Notes under the pieces: generated by a model
Database searches by the model: none
Seen by the model: the letters and a program-made list of their open reading frames with translations, nothing else
What the model was told of the DNA's origin: nothing
Program-made: the position numbers and the translations under genes
Source: a bacterium
GTDB lineage: Bacteria > Sysuimicrobiota > Sysuimicrobiia > Sysuimicrobiales > Segetimicrobiaceae
Direction: 5' to 3'
Length of the DNA: 64,000 nucleotides
Assembly: GCA_035622635.1 (NCBI GenBank)
Contig: DASPUZ010000186.1
Location: 400 to 64,399 of the forward strand
Shown: in pieces, positions 1 through 9,333 of the stretch
Numbering within the stretch: the first letter of the stretch is position 1
Layout: the number at the start of each line of letters is the position of its first letter

Positions 1-1
1 C

Positions 2-613
2 GCGGTGGACATGAGCACGATCTCGCCCGTCGCGACTCAGGAGATCGCCGGCGCCCTCGCGGCACGCGGCGTCGAGATGCTCGATGCCCCGGTGTCCGGA
101 GGAGAAAAGGGCGCCGTCGACGCTACGCTCTCGATCATGGTAGGGGGCAACCCGGAGACGTTCGAGCGCGTCCTCCCCGTGCTTCAGAAGTTGGGGAAGA
201 ACGTCGTCCACGTCGGGGGCCACGGGGCGGGTCAGGTCACCAAGGTGTGCAATCAGCTCGTCCTGTCGCTGACGATCCTGGGTGTGGCGGAAGCGCTGAC
301 GCTTGCGGCGAAGGCCGGCCTCGACCCGGCCAAAGTGCGTTCAGCGCTGCTCGGCGGCTTCGCGCAGAGCCGCGTTCTCGAGCTGCACGGGCAGCGGATG
401 CTGGACCAAAACTTCGAGCCGGGGTTTCGCACGCGACTCTACCACAAGGACATGGGGATCGTCACCGAAACAGGACGCGCGTTCTCGGTCCCCCTGCTCG
501 GCGCCGCGCTCACCGCGCAGCTCTACGAAGTGGCGATGAACCGCGGATTCGGAGAATTGGATTACTCGGTGCTGGCGCGCGTAGTCGCCGAGATGGCCGG
601 GTCCTCACCCTAG
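2..613 (+). CDS. beta-hydroxyacid dehydrogenase (3-hydroxyisobutyrate dehydrogenase / tartronate-semialdehyde reductase family), C-terminal part; 5' end lies outside the window
   Basis: The ORF is open to the left edge. The translation has DAPVSGGEKGA, GGHGAGQVTKVCNQL and the all-helical C-terminal domain typical of the HIBADH/GarR/MmsB family. Confidence 0.8.
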   Translation, partial: AVDMSTISPVATQEIAGALAARGVEMLDAPVSGGEKGAVDATLSIMVGGNPETFERVLPVLQKLGKNVVHVGGHGAGQVTKVCNQLVLSLTILGVAEALTLAAKAGLDPAKVRSALLGGFAQSRVLELHGQRMLDQNFEPGFRTRLYHKDMGIVTETGRAFSVPLLGAALTAQLYEVAMNRGFGELDYSVLARVVAEMAGSSP

Positions 614-690
614 CCCACCCCCAAGAATTCGCAAACAACGCGAATTCTTGGGTCCCCGGGCCTTCTCAATCGAGCATGTCCCGGATGCGC

Positions 691-1212
691 CTAGTCCCCT
701 CGGACGAGCAGCGTCCGGTAGAGACGCGCGCGTTCCACGTAGTGGAGCACGCCGGCTCGCATCCGCTCGAGATCGGCGTCGTTCAACTCCCGCACAACCC
801 GTCCCGGCACACCCAAGAACAACGTCCGGGGCGGCACGACCTTCCCCTCGGGGACCAGCGCACCCGATCCGACCAGCGCCTCCGCCCCGACACGGGCGCC
901 GTTCAGCACGATCGCGCCCATGCCGATCAGGGCGCCGTCCTCGACGGTGCACCCGTGCAGAATGGCGCCGTGCCCGACCGTGACCCCGCGGCCCACGAGA
1001 ACCGGAAACCCCGGATCCGCATGCACCACGCAGCCGTCCTGGACGTTGCTTTCCGCCCCGAGCGTAATCGGCTCCTCGTCACCGCGGCAGGTCGTATGAA
1101 ACCACACGCTCGCATCGGCCTCGACGGTGACACGCCCCGTGAGATCCGCGGACGGGGCGACAAATGCCTCGGGGTGCACACGTGGGCGGTGCGGAGGGAT
1201 CGCTAGTAACAT
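691..1212 (-). CDS. gamma-carbonic-anhydrase-like / hexapeptide-repeat (left-handed beta-helix) protein, YrdA/PaaY family
   Basis: Hexapeptide repeats (VGHGAILHGCTVEDGALIGMGAIVLNGARVG) with a C-terminal helix. The ATG at 1212 is preceded by GGGGAGG, so the track start at 1251 looks too long. Confidence 0.8.
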   Translation of the reverse strand: MLLAIPPHRPRVHPEAFVAPSADLTGRVTVEADASVWFHTTCRGDEEPITLGAESNVQDGCVVHADPGFPVLVGRGVTVGHGAILHGCTVEDGALIGMGAIVLNGARVGAEALVGSGALVPEGKVVPPRTLFLGVPGRVVRELNDADLERMRAGVLHYVERARLYRTLLVRGD

Positions 1213-1299
1213 CAGAGCCTCCCCTGGTAAGTTACGGCCAAGACCGGGCAATGGCGGAAGCGAGACACGGCGAGTCCAGCGCGTCCCCCGTCTTTCCTC

Positions 1300-2385
1300 C
1301 TACAGCCGCCAATAAGCACCGAACAGGCGACGCGCCTCGCGGGCGCGGCCGGCGGTCACCGCGAACGGAGCCTCCTCGACCTGCGCAGGCGGCTCCGTCA
1401 CGCCTGACGGCACCCCGGTCAATCCCTCGAGGGTGGCCGAGACCGAGTAGGCCAGCCCGTTCAGATCGTACCCGCCCTCCAGGACGACGACGATCGGCGT
1501 CGATCCCGCAACGTTACGGAGCAGGCGGCTCAGATGGCCGAAGCCGTGGGCGGTCATGCGCATGCCGGCCAGCGGGTCCGCGTGGTGGGCGTCGTAACCG
1601 GCGGACACGAGGATTAGACCTGGATCGACCGCGCGCACCAGCGGCAGCACGATCTCTTCCCAGACGTGCGCGTAGCCCCCGTCGCCCACCCCTTCGGGCA
1701 AAGGAAGGTTGATGGTCGTACCCTGTCCCGGCCCTGCTCCCGTCTCCTCCATCGCGCCTGTACCGGGATACCAGTGTTCCTGATGAACCGAGCAGACGAC
1801 CACGCCCGGCTCGCGGTAGAACACATCCTGGGTGCCGTTGCCGTGGTGCACGTCCCAATCCAGGATGAGCACTCGACCGATACCGTGTACGTCGCGCGCG
1901 TGCCGCGCGGAGAGCGCGACGTTGTTGAAAAGACAAAAGCCCATGCTGTGACCGGGACCCGCGTGATGCCCGGGCGGCCGCACCAGCGCTACGGCCACGC
2001 GCGCTTCGCCCTGCAATACAGTGTCCACGGCCGCGCGCGCTCCCCCGGCCGCAAGGCGCGCCACGTCGAAGGATATGGGCGACACCGGCGTATCTGCGTC
2101 CAGCGCGCCTCCGCCGGACGCCGCAATGTCGCGCACGAGCTCTATGTGGGCGCGGGTGTGAACGCCCGCGAGGTAACTCTCGTCGGCTGGCTCGGGCGCG
2201 CGTCGCGGGAAGCGCTCCCAGAACGTCGTGCGGCGCAGCAGCGTCTCGATGGCCCGAAGCCGATCGGGGCGCTCCGGATGGTGCGGCCCGGTCAAGTGCC
2301 TGAGATAGGCAGGATCGGTGACCAGGATCGCGGGCGGCGCGGACGCGCCGGCGTCACGCTGTGCAGGTTCGGAAGCAGGGTTCAC
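1300..2385 (-). CDS. histone-deacetylase-family amidohydrolase (AcuC / acetylpolyamine amidohydrolase-like)
   Basis: Motifs HPERPDRL, PPGHHA, DWDVHHGNGTQ and EGGY of the arginase/deacetylase fold. The GTG start overlaps the rpe stop (GTGA). Confidence 0.85.
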   Translation of the reverse strand: MNPASEPAQRDAGASAPPAILVTDPAYLRHLTGPHHPERPDRLRAIETLLRRTTFWERFPRRAPEPADESYLAGVHTRAHIELVRDIAASGGGALDADTPVSPISFDVARLAAGGARAAVDTVLQGEARVAVALVRPPGHHAGPGHSMGFCLFNNVALSARHARDVHGIGRVLILDWDVHHGNGTQDVFYREPGVVVCSVHQEHWYPGTGAMEETGAGPGQGTTINLPLPEGVGDGGYAHVWEEIVLPLVRAVDPGLILVSAGYDAHHADPLAGMRMTAHGFGHLSRLLRNVAGSTPIVVVLEGGYDLNGLAYSVSATLEGLTGVPSGVTEPPAQVEEAPFAVTAGRAREARRLFGAYWRL

Positions 2386-3065
2386 GTCGCTGCTGCGCGG
2401 GCCGCGGTGCGAAGCCTGCCGATCGCCATGGCGACCCCGTCCGAGGCTCCAAACACGCTGGTCCCCGCCACCAGCACCGTGGCGCCGGCATTGACTGCCG
2501 CCGCGGCGGTGTCGGGTCCGATGCCTCCGTCCACTTCAATCTCGAAGGTCAGGTTCAGCGATGCCCGGCGTTGTGCAATGGCGTGGATCTTGCGCAACAT
2601 CCCCGGGATGAACGTCTGACCGCCGGCGCCAGGTTCGACGGTCATCACCAGCACCGTTCCCACGATCGGCAGGACGTACTCGATCTGCTCGATCGGTGTC
2701 GCCGGGTTGAGGGCGACGGACGGGCGCATGCCGAGCGAAGCGATCTGCTGGAGCGTGAAGTAGAGGCGGGGGCATGCCTCGACGTGCACGGCAACATGGG
2801 TCGCGCCGGCCCGAGCGAATGAGTCCAAGTGACGCTCGGGCTCGACGATCATCAGGTGCACGTCCACGGGCAGGCGGGTGGCGCGGCGCACTGCGCGCAC
2901 CGCGAGGGGGCCCATCGTGATGTCGGGCGTAAAGCGACCGTCCATGACGTCAACATGGATCCAATCGGCGCCAGCCTGCTCTGCCTCGCGGACCTCCTCG
3001 GCCAGCCGGCCGAAGTCAGCCGCGAGAATCGACGGGGCTACCTTGATGTCCATGCGCCCACCCAC
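2382..3065 (-). CDS. rpe: ribulose-phosphate 3-epimerase
   Basis: KVAPSILAADFGRL, HVDVMDGRFTP and VDGGI motifs, about 225 aa. An alternative ATG at 3053 is possible. Confidence 0.95.
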   Translation of the reverse strand: MGGRMDIKVAPSILAADFGRLAEEVREAEQAGADWIHVDVMDGRFTPDITMGPLAVRAVRRATRLPVDVHLMIVEPERHLDSFARAGATHVAVHVEACPRLYFTLQQIASLGMRPSVALNPATPIEQIEYVLPIVGTVLVMTVEPGAGGQTFIPGMLRKIHAIAQRRASLNLTFEIEVDGGIGPDTAAAAVNAGATVLVAGTSVFGASDGVAMAIGRLRTAARAAAT

Positions 3066-3159
3066 GGGAGTCCTTGATTTTCTCGACCGGCCGACGCGCT
3101 CACGGCTTCCACGAGGCGAGCGAAGGGCACGGCCGCACGCCTCGCGTCGCGCGGGCCGG

Positions 3160-5079
3160 TCAGGGGCGGATCTCCTGAATCAGTCGGCTATCGATGTAGA
3201 CCTGGACGATCGTGTAGCCGATCCCGGACACCTGCTTGTCCAAGTTCTCGCCCGGGGCATGGTTCCCCTCGTAGGCGACGTGGACTCCCTGCTGGTCAAT
3301 GACGACGATCTTCACCGTTTGACGTGGGGAGCCTTCGGGCACCACGAGCCTGACGCGCGCCACACGCCGGTCCGATGGAGACGTCGAGGCCGACGGCGAC
3401 GCGGGCTCCGGAGGCGTGCCCGTGACGATCGGCTGCGCGGGAGGCTCTTCCCCGCCTCCGGCGCTCGGCCGGGCCGAGATCGTCACCTCGATGGCATCGC
3501 CGTGGCGGATCTGCGTTCCCGCTGCCGGCGCCATGGCGATGACCTGTCCCGGAGGGAGATCGTCGCGCGGCACCTGCGTCACGTTCCGCAACGTCACACC
3601 GAGGTCTTGGAGCACCTGGCGTGCATCGTCAAGCGACCGCCCGACGAGATCCGGAAGCACAAGAACCTGCTGCCCCTTACTGATCGTCAGGTTGACAAGC
3701 GTGCCGCGCGCCACAGACGCGTCGGGTGCGGGATCCTGCGCCAGGATAAACCCGGAGGGAACAGTCTGGTCGTAGGCCTCCCTGAGCTCACCCACCGTCA
3801 GGAGCGACTGCTCCACGGCAAACCGCGCTTCTTCCAGCGAACGCCGGCGCACATCGGGCACCGAGACCATCTCCGGTCCCAGGCTCATGGTAAGGGCGAT
3901 GACACGGTTGACCTTGACCGCTTGTCCAGCCGGGGGATCCTGGCTGATTACGGCGCCCGCGGGCACGGTGGCGCTGTGGCTCTGCTGGACGACCTGCACC
4001 CCCAGGCGATCGGTCCGCGCGGCGCTCTCCGCGTCCTGGAGGCTCCGCCCTACCAGATCGGGCACCTGCACCTCTGGAACGTTCAGATAGGCGTTCAGCG
4101 CCTGCCACCCGGCCGCGATTCCGATGAAGATCAGGAGCAGCACGACGCCGGCGATCACAAACGGCGCGCTCGTGCGCATGGCACTCGAGCGCCTCTTCCG
4201 GTCCCAGCCGTCGCGCCGCCGGACGACCGACGTGGACTCGAGATCCTTCGGTGTCTCGCGCCAGCGCGCACCTTCCCCCAACAGGTCGGCGCGCATCTCC
4301 GCCGCCGACGCGTATCGGTGCTCCGGAAGCTTCGCGAGGGCCCGAAGCACGATCCCTTCCGTCGCCTCGGTGAGGCGCTCCCCGTTGCGGCGTGGCACCG
4401 GCACCGGGGAGTGCATGTGCTTGAGCGCGATCGCGATGGGCGTGTCGCCGTCAAACGGCAACGCGCCGGTCACCATCTCGTACAGGACGACGCCGAGGGA
4501 GTAGAGGTCCGAGCGGCGACCGACCCCGAAGCCGCGCGCCTGCTCCGGCGATAGATACTGCACGGAGCCGAGCACGGTGCCCGTCTCGGTGATGGTCGTC
4601 GATGCGAGCGCCCGCGCGATGCCGAAGTCGGTGACTTTCACGTTGCCGTCGGACGCGATGAGGATGTTCTGCGGCTTGATGTCCCGGTGAATGATGCCCT
4701 CGGCGTGGGCGTACTCCAGCACGTCGCACACCTGCACGGCGATCCGGACGGCCCGAGCCTCATCGAGGGGACCGGTACGGCGCAACAGAGTCTTGAGATC
4801 CTCGCCTTCCACGAACTCCATCACGATGTAATGGACGTCCCCGTCACGGCCGTGATCGTAGACCTGCACCATGTGCGGATGAGAGAGACGCGCGACAGCC
4901 TGGGCCTCGCGCTCAAACCGCGCGACGAACTCCGCGTTGTGCGCGTACTGGCCGCGGAGCACTTTGATCGCCACGGGCCGGCCATCCTCGCACCGGCGCC
5001 CGCGGTAGACCAGGGCCATGCCGCCCTCGCTGATCGGCCCGAGCACCTCGTACCGCCCGGCGAGCACGCGTCCGATCAT
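3160..5079 (-). CDS. pknB: Ser/Thr protein kinase with one TM helix, three PASTA repeats and a C-terminal beta-rich domain (PknB/PrkC type)
   Basis: Hanks kinase motifs (GGMALVYRG, AIKVL, HRDIKPQN, DFGIA, SPEQ), a TM segment and 3 PASTA-like repeats (VPDLVGRSL..., VPDVRRRSL..., LPDLVGRSL...). The ATG at 5079 overlaps the pbpA stop (ATGA), and the upstream 51 codons in the track are R/G-rich junk. Confidence 0.95.
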   Translation of the reverse strand: MIGRVLAGRYEVLGPISEGGMALVYRGRRCEDGRPVAIKVLRGQYAHNAEFVARFEREAQAVARLSHPHMVQVYDHGRDGDVHYIVMEFVEGEDLKTLLRRTGPLDEARAVRIAVQVCDVLEYAHAEGIIHRDIKPQNILIASDGNVKVTDFGIARALASTTITETGTVLGSVQYLSPEQARGFGVGRRSDLYSLGVVLYEMVTGALPFDGDTPIAIALKHMHSPVPVPRRNGERLTEATEGIVLRALAKLPEHRYASAAEMRADLLGEGARWRETPKDLESTSVVRRRDGWDRKRRSSAMRTSAPFVIAGVVLLLIFIGIAAGWQALNAYLNVPEVQVPDLVGRSLQDAESAARTDRLGVQVVQQSHSATVPAGAVISQDPPAGQAVKVNRVIALTMSLGPEMVSVPDVRRRSLEEARFAVEQSLLTVGELREAYDQTVPSGFILAQDPAPDASVARGTLVNLTISKGQQVLVLPDLVGRSLDDARQVLQDLGVTLRNVTQVPRDDLPPGQVIAMAPAAGTQIRHGDAIEVTISARPSAGGGEEPPAQPIVTGTPPEPASPSASTSPSDRRVARVRLVVPEGSPRQTVKIVVIDQQGVHVAYEGNHAPGENLDKQVSGIGYTIVQVYIDSRLIQEIRP

Positions 5080-6587
5080 GGGCGCCCCGCCTCCGCGGCC
5101 TGCGCGCGCAGCGCCGCCGCGAGGACCTGTCGCGCCGCCGGCGCCGCCACCTGCCCGCCGACGCCGGCGTTCTCGAGAAGCACGGCCACTGCGACCGTCG
5201 GGTGGTCCGCTGGCGCGAACGAGATGAACCACGCGTCAGCCGGACCGTGAGGGTTCTCCGCAGTTCCCGTCTTGCCCGCGACGGCCACTCCCGGCAGCTG
5301 CGCCGCGGTGCCGGTGCCGAACCGGACGACGTCGGCCATGTCGGAGGCGATGGCCGACGCGACCTCAGGCGGCACCACGTCGCGCCCACCGTGCTGCGCA
5401 TATGCGGCAAGGACGCGGCCGTCGGGCGCACGCACCTGCAGGAGCGCAAACGGGCGCATCGCGACGCCGTGATTCGCGATGGCCGCCGCCACGATCGCCA
5501 TCTGGAGCGGCGTCACGAGCAGATTCCCCTGTCCAAACGAGATCTGCGCGAGCCCGCGTCGGTTGAGCGTGCGCGGGTCAGGGAGGTGACCGGCCGCGGC
5601 AGGCACGTCGAATCCCGGCGCCCGCCCGAGCCCAAACGCCCTCGCCATCCGGATGATCGAGTCTGCGCCGGTGGCAAGACCGAGGTGGACGAACGCGACG
5701 TTGCACGACATCGCAAACGCCCGGGCCACGCTCATCCGGCCGTACTCCTCGTGCTCGAAGTTCGTGATGGACGCACCGTCCACCGAGATCGAACTCGCGC
5801 AATCGACCATCGTCTGCTGGGTCGCCCGGCCGCTCGCCAGCGCCGCAGCGAGCACAATCGGCTTGAATGACGAACCAGGAGGATACTGACCGGACGTCGC
5901 CCTGTCGAACAGTGGCGACGCGGGGTCGCGTGCGAGCGCGAGCCAGCGGGTATCCACGGACGCCGGATCGAACGTGGGGCGGCTGACAAGGGCGAGCACC
6001 GCTCCGCTCCGAGGATCGAGTGCCACCACAGCGCCCCGGCCGCTGCCGAGCGCCTGCGCGGCCGCCTGCTGCACGACCGCGTCGATGGTCAATACCAGGT
6101 CGTTGCCGCGCCGCGGGCGCCCGAACGCCTCCAGCAGGGTCTCCCACGGGTCGGCCGCGGGAAGACCGAGGAGCTCCGGATCGTACCGCGCCTCGAGACC
6201 GTCGAGGCCGTAGCGAGAGCTGCGATATCCGAGAAGATTCGCATACAGCGGTCCGTCCACGTACCGTCGCGCCTGGAGACCGCCCCGGACGGCGGAGTCC
6301 GCCAGCACGGCGAGATGGCGATCGAGAATGCGCCCCCACCGGGTCTGCTCCGCGGCGATTGCGAGCCGCGGATTCTGCGGAGTGTTGGCCAGCTGCGGCC
6401 CCCAGACGACCTGCACGCCCGCCAGATAGGCGAGCAGGACCACAAACAAGCCCGCGAGGAGCCGGCCGGCCTTACCGGTCCGCCGCGCCACGAAGCGCCT
6501 CCACCTGATGTCGCCGCCCGGCGGTCCGGGCACTGACGCCGAGCAGCAGCGCGAGTGCGATGAAGTTGGCCACCGCGGCGCTTCCAC
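5076..6587 (-). CDS. pbpA: class B penicillin-binding protein (PbpA/PBP2-type transpeptidase), partner of RodA
   Basis: Active-site motifs SSFKP (SxxK) and KTGTAE (KTG), with an N-terminal TM helix. The start is uncertain: ATG at 6587 overlaps rodA by 116 nt, and a GTG at 6492 is an alternative. Confidence 0.85.
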   Translation of the reverse strand: MEAPRWPTSSHSRCCSASVPGPPGGDIRWRRFVARRTGKAGRLLAGLFVVLLAYLAGVQVVWGPQLANTPQNPRLAIAAEQTRWGRILDRHLAVLADSAVRGGLQARRYVDGPLYANLLGYRSSRYGLDGLEARYDPELLGLPAADPWETLLEAFGRPRRGNDLVLTIDAVVQQAAAQALGSGRGAVVALDPRSGAVLALVSRPTFDPASVDTRWLALARDPASPLFDRATSGQYPPGSSFKPIVLAAALASGRATQQTMVDCASSISVDGASITNFEHEEYGRMSVARAFAMSCNVAFVHLGLATGADSIIRMARAFGLGRAPGFDVPAAAGHLPDPRTLNRRGLAQISFGQGNLLVTPLQMAIVAAAIANHGVAMRPFALLQVRAPDGRVLAAYAQHGGRDVVPPEVASAIASDMADVVRFGTGTAAQLPGVAVAGKTGTAENPHGPADAWFISFAPADHPTVAVAVLLENAGVGGQVAAPAARQVLAAALRAQAAEAGRP

Positions 6588-7812
6588 CGTAGGTCAGAAA
6601 CGGGGCGGGGATCCCCGTCAAGGGAATCAGCCGCGTGCTGCCCCCGAGAATGACGAACGCCTGCAGGCCAAGCGCGGTGGCGAGGCCCGCCGCCATAAGG
6701 GCCTCGAACGCGCCGCGGGCGAGCATGGCCGTGCGGAACATCCGGCCGACCAGGATCAGGTAGAGGGCGGTCACGCAGAACGTCCCCACCGCTCCGAGCT
6801 CCTCCCCGATCGCCGGAAAGATCATGTCGGTGTAGGATGCCGGCATCAGCGTCGGATGCCCCGCGCCCAGGCCCGTCCCGAGGATCCCCCCGGTCGCCAG
6901 CGCATAGAGGCCCTGCAGGATCTGATAACCTCCGCCGGACGCGTCGGCCCAGGGATCCACCCACACGTCGACGCGGACGCGCACGTGACCGAACCAAAGA
7001 TAGCAGAGAGCCGCGCCGGAGACGAACGCGGCGAGGCCGATCGCCACGTAGTCCATGCGGCCGGTCGCGATGTACAGCATGACCATGAAGATGCCATAGT
7101 ATAGCATGGCCAGTCCTAGGTCGTGCTGAAAGACAAGGAGGAGCAGCGCACCGAGGCAGCAGAGCAGCATCGGGCCCAATCGCCCGAGCTCGGCGCGCCA
7201 TCGCCGGCGTCCGGGGAGCATCAGCGTCCCTCGTTGCTCGGTTAGCACGCCGGCGAAGAAAGCCACAAGCAGAAGCTTGACGATCTCGCCGGGCTCGACT
7301 GCGACGCCGCCGAGCAGCAGCCACTGCCGTGCGCCGTTCCGCTCGACTCCGGCGATGACGGTAATCGCCAGCAGAGCGAGCCCGATCGCCGCACAGAGGT
7401 AGGCGTACCTCCGCACCCACCGAAGATCGTGCGGGATGGCGAGGATGATGAGCAACGCGGTCAGACCCAAGGCCGTCCACGCAGCTTGCCTGACCAGGTA
7501 CTCGGGTCGCAAGCGGTAGATCATCACGAACCCGATCGCGGACAGTGCGGCGGCGATGGGCAGCATGATCTCGTCGGCCTCGCTGCCGGATGCGCACAGA
7601 GCGCCGTGGACGACTAGGAAAGCGGCGAGCGCAATCCCGCCGATCACGACCGGATCCCACGGTTCTGCGCCGTACAGCGAGAGGTGCACCGTCGCCAGCC
7701 CGACCACGCCGAGCCCGACGGCGCCGGCGAGCAGTCCGCGCTCTCGGATGCGCCGGTGCAGTACCCCGCGATCAACCGGGAAGCCATAGGGGTTCGCCGG
7801 GTATTCGCTCAT
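6472..7812 (-). CDS. rodA: SEDS-family peptidoglycan polymerase RodA
   Basis: Polytopic FtsW/RodA/SpoVE family protein (PAIGEELG, GGSTRLIPLTGIPAPFLTYGGSA). The ATG at 7812 lies 4 nt after the pstP stop; the upstream 96 codons of the track ORF are Cys/Arg/Trp-rich, non-protein-like sequence. Confidence 0.9.
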   Translation of the reverse strand: MSEYPANPYGFPVDRGVLHRRIRERGLLAGAVGLGVVGLATVHLSLYGAEPWDPVVIGGIALAAFLVVHGALCASGSEADEIMLPIAAALSAIGFVMIYRLRPEYLVRQAAWTALGLTALLIILAIPHDLRWVRRYAYLCAAIGLALLAITVIAGVERNGARQWLLLGGVAVEPGEIVKLLLVAFFAGVLTEQRGTLMLPGRRRWRAELGRLGPMLLCCLGALLLLVFQHDLGLAMLYYGIFMVMLYIATGRMDYVAIGLAAFVSGAALCYLWFGHVRVRVDVWVDPWADASGGGYQILQGLYALATGGILGTGLGAGHPTLMPASYTDMIFPAIGEELGAVGTFCVTALYLILVGRMFRTAMLARGAFEALMAAGLATALGLQAFVILGGSTRLIPLTGIPAPFLTYGGSAAVANFIALALLLGVSARTAGRRHQVEALRGAADR

Positions 7813-7816
7813 GCGC

Positions 7817-8863
7817 TCATGGCCGGCGCACAAGATCCGCAAGCAGGGTGTCGGCATCCTCGGGCGTGCGCACCCGGATGCCCTGCAGCAACGTTCCGCG
7901 GTATGCCGGAGCGACCTGGGTGACCACCACCGGGGTGGCGCGAACCACCGCAAACAAGGGCATGCCGAGCAGACGCACCGGGACCCCGCGCATGAGCGCC
8001 ACCCGGTCGCCTCGCACGCCGAGGAAGTAGGAGTGCTCCAGATGATAGAATGCCGCACCGGCGCCGAGGCACAGCGCCAGCGCCACGGGCGCCACCGCAC
8101 GCGTCAGCCGCGCGGCCCATTGCGGGCGTACGCGGACCACCACCACCGACGCGTTGTCCAGTCCGCCACGCGCATTCGCGAGGTTCACCAGCGTCCGGCA
8201 GGCGCCCTCGCCGTCCAGCGTGCTGCGCACGATCGCCGCGATCTCCTGGGGCGGCACCGCGCCGTGTAACCCGTCGGTCGTGAGCACCAACACGTCGCCG
8301 CCCCGCAGCGGCACAGAGAGGACGTCAATCTGCGTGTCCGTTCCGAGTCCGAGCGCCCGCGTGAGCACGTGGCGCTGAGCATTCGCGACGGCGTCGTCCG
8401 GCGCGAGGTCGCCGTGCCTCAGGAGTTCCTCTGCGAGCGAGTGATCGGTCGTGAGCTGGCGGACCTCACGTCCGCGAATCAGATACGCCCGGCTGTCTCC
8501 GACGTGCGCGACGACACCTTCTTGCCGGTTCACGATGAGCGCGGTGCATGTCGTCGCCATCCCCGACCGCTCGGGAACGCCGCCGTGTTCCAGGATCTCC
8601 TCGTTGGCCCGCCGAAGCGCCCGCACCAGCGCCTGAGGTGGCGGGACCCGGCGTTCGATCAGCGCGGGCACCTCCGTGCGGAGAACATGAGTGGCAAGAT
8701 CGCTCGCCACGCCGCCGGCGGCGTGGCCGCCGAGGCCGTCCGCGACCGCATAGAGGCTCGCCCCGCACCCCGCGCGGTCGACGAGCAGGACGCGGTCTTC
8801 GTTCGCCTCGCGAACCCGTCCCGCCTCGCTGTAGGCCGCGCCTGTTGCGACGAGGTTCTTCAT
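7817..8863 (-). CDS. pstP: PP2C-family Ser/Thr phosphatase with C-terminal TM helix and about 70-aa extracytoplasmic tail (PstP type)
   Basis: PP2C motifs (NEDR, VADGLGGH, LVLTTDGL, GGLDN), then the TM helix AVAPVALALCLGAGAAF. The ATG overlaps the fhaB stop (ATGA). Confidence 0.9.
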   Translation of the reverse strand: MKNLVATGAAYSEAGRVREANEDRVLLVDRAGCGASLYAVADGLGGHAAGGVASDLATHVLRTEVPALIERRVPPPQALVRALRRANEEILEHGGVPERSGMATTCTALIVNRQEGVVAHVGDSRAYLIRGREVRQLTTDHSLAEELLRHGDLAPDDAVANAQRHVLTRALGLGTDTQIDVLSVPLRGGDVLVLTTDGLHGAVPPQEIAAIVRSTLDGEGACRTLVNLANARGGLDNASVVVVRVRPQWAARLTRAVAPVALALCLGAGAAFYHLEHSYFLGVRGDRVALMRGVPVRLLGMPLFAVVRATPVVVTQVAPAYRGTLLQGIRVRTPEDADTLLADLVRRP

Positions 8864-9333
8864 CGCCCGTTCCGGCCCGCCGCCCCGGATGTGTGACCGA
8901 ACGCTCCGGGGGTGGGTTCCACGCGCAGCGTCAATACCGCGTCGCCGATCTGGAGACGGTCACCGGAGCGCATGAGGGCCGGCCGCCGCACCCGCTGCCC
9001 GTTCAACAGGGTCCCATTCGTGCTCCGAAGATCTTCCACCCAGAGGCGCCCGGCGCGGGCGAAAACGCGGGCATGATGCGAGGACACGTAGCCATCCTGC
9101 AGCATGATGGCGCACTCCGGCGCGCGGCCAATCGTCGCCTCTCCGGCCACGAGGAACTCCCGACCCCGAAGCGCCTCGGGCTGTTCCACGACGAAGAGCG
9201 TGCGCGCGCGCGCGGCCGGCACCGCCCGGACGTCAAGATCCGCCAGCACCGCACGCACGACCCGGGCGACAAACAGGAGCAACCCGGCGAGGAACGCGTA
9301 GCGGAGAACGGGTAACAGCAGCGACGTGCTCAC
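8860..9333 (-). CDS. fhaB: FHA-domain protein with N-terminal membrane anchor (FhaB/FipA-like)
   Basis: N-terminal hydrophobic helix plus a C-terminal FHA domain (IGRAPECAIMLQDGYVSSHHARV...STNGTLLNG). The GTG start overlaps the fhaA stop (GTGA). Confidence 0.8.
   Translation of the reverse strand: MSTSLLLPVLRYAFLAGLLLFVARVVRAVLADLDVRAVPAARARTLFVVEQPEALRGREFLVAGEATIGRAPECAIMLQDGYVSSHHARVFARAGRLWVEDLRSTNGTLLNGQRVRRPALMRSGDRLQIGDAVLTLRVEPTPGAFGHTSGAAGRNGR

Noticed and set aside
2878-4554. 558-aa plus-strand ORF antisense to pknB.
   Set aside because: Its composition is dominated by R, P, G, A and H, with no recognisable domain. It lies fully opposite a well-supported kinase gene. This is the typical stop-poor shadow frame of GC-rich DNA.
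6089-7660. 523-aa minus-strand ORF in another frame over rodA/pbpA.
   Set aside because: The translation is extremely Arg-rich junk, and the overlapping frames contain genuine SEDS and transpeptidase motifs.
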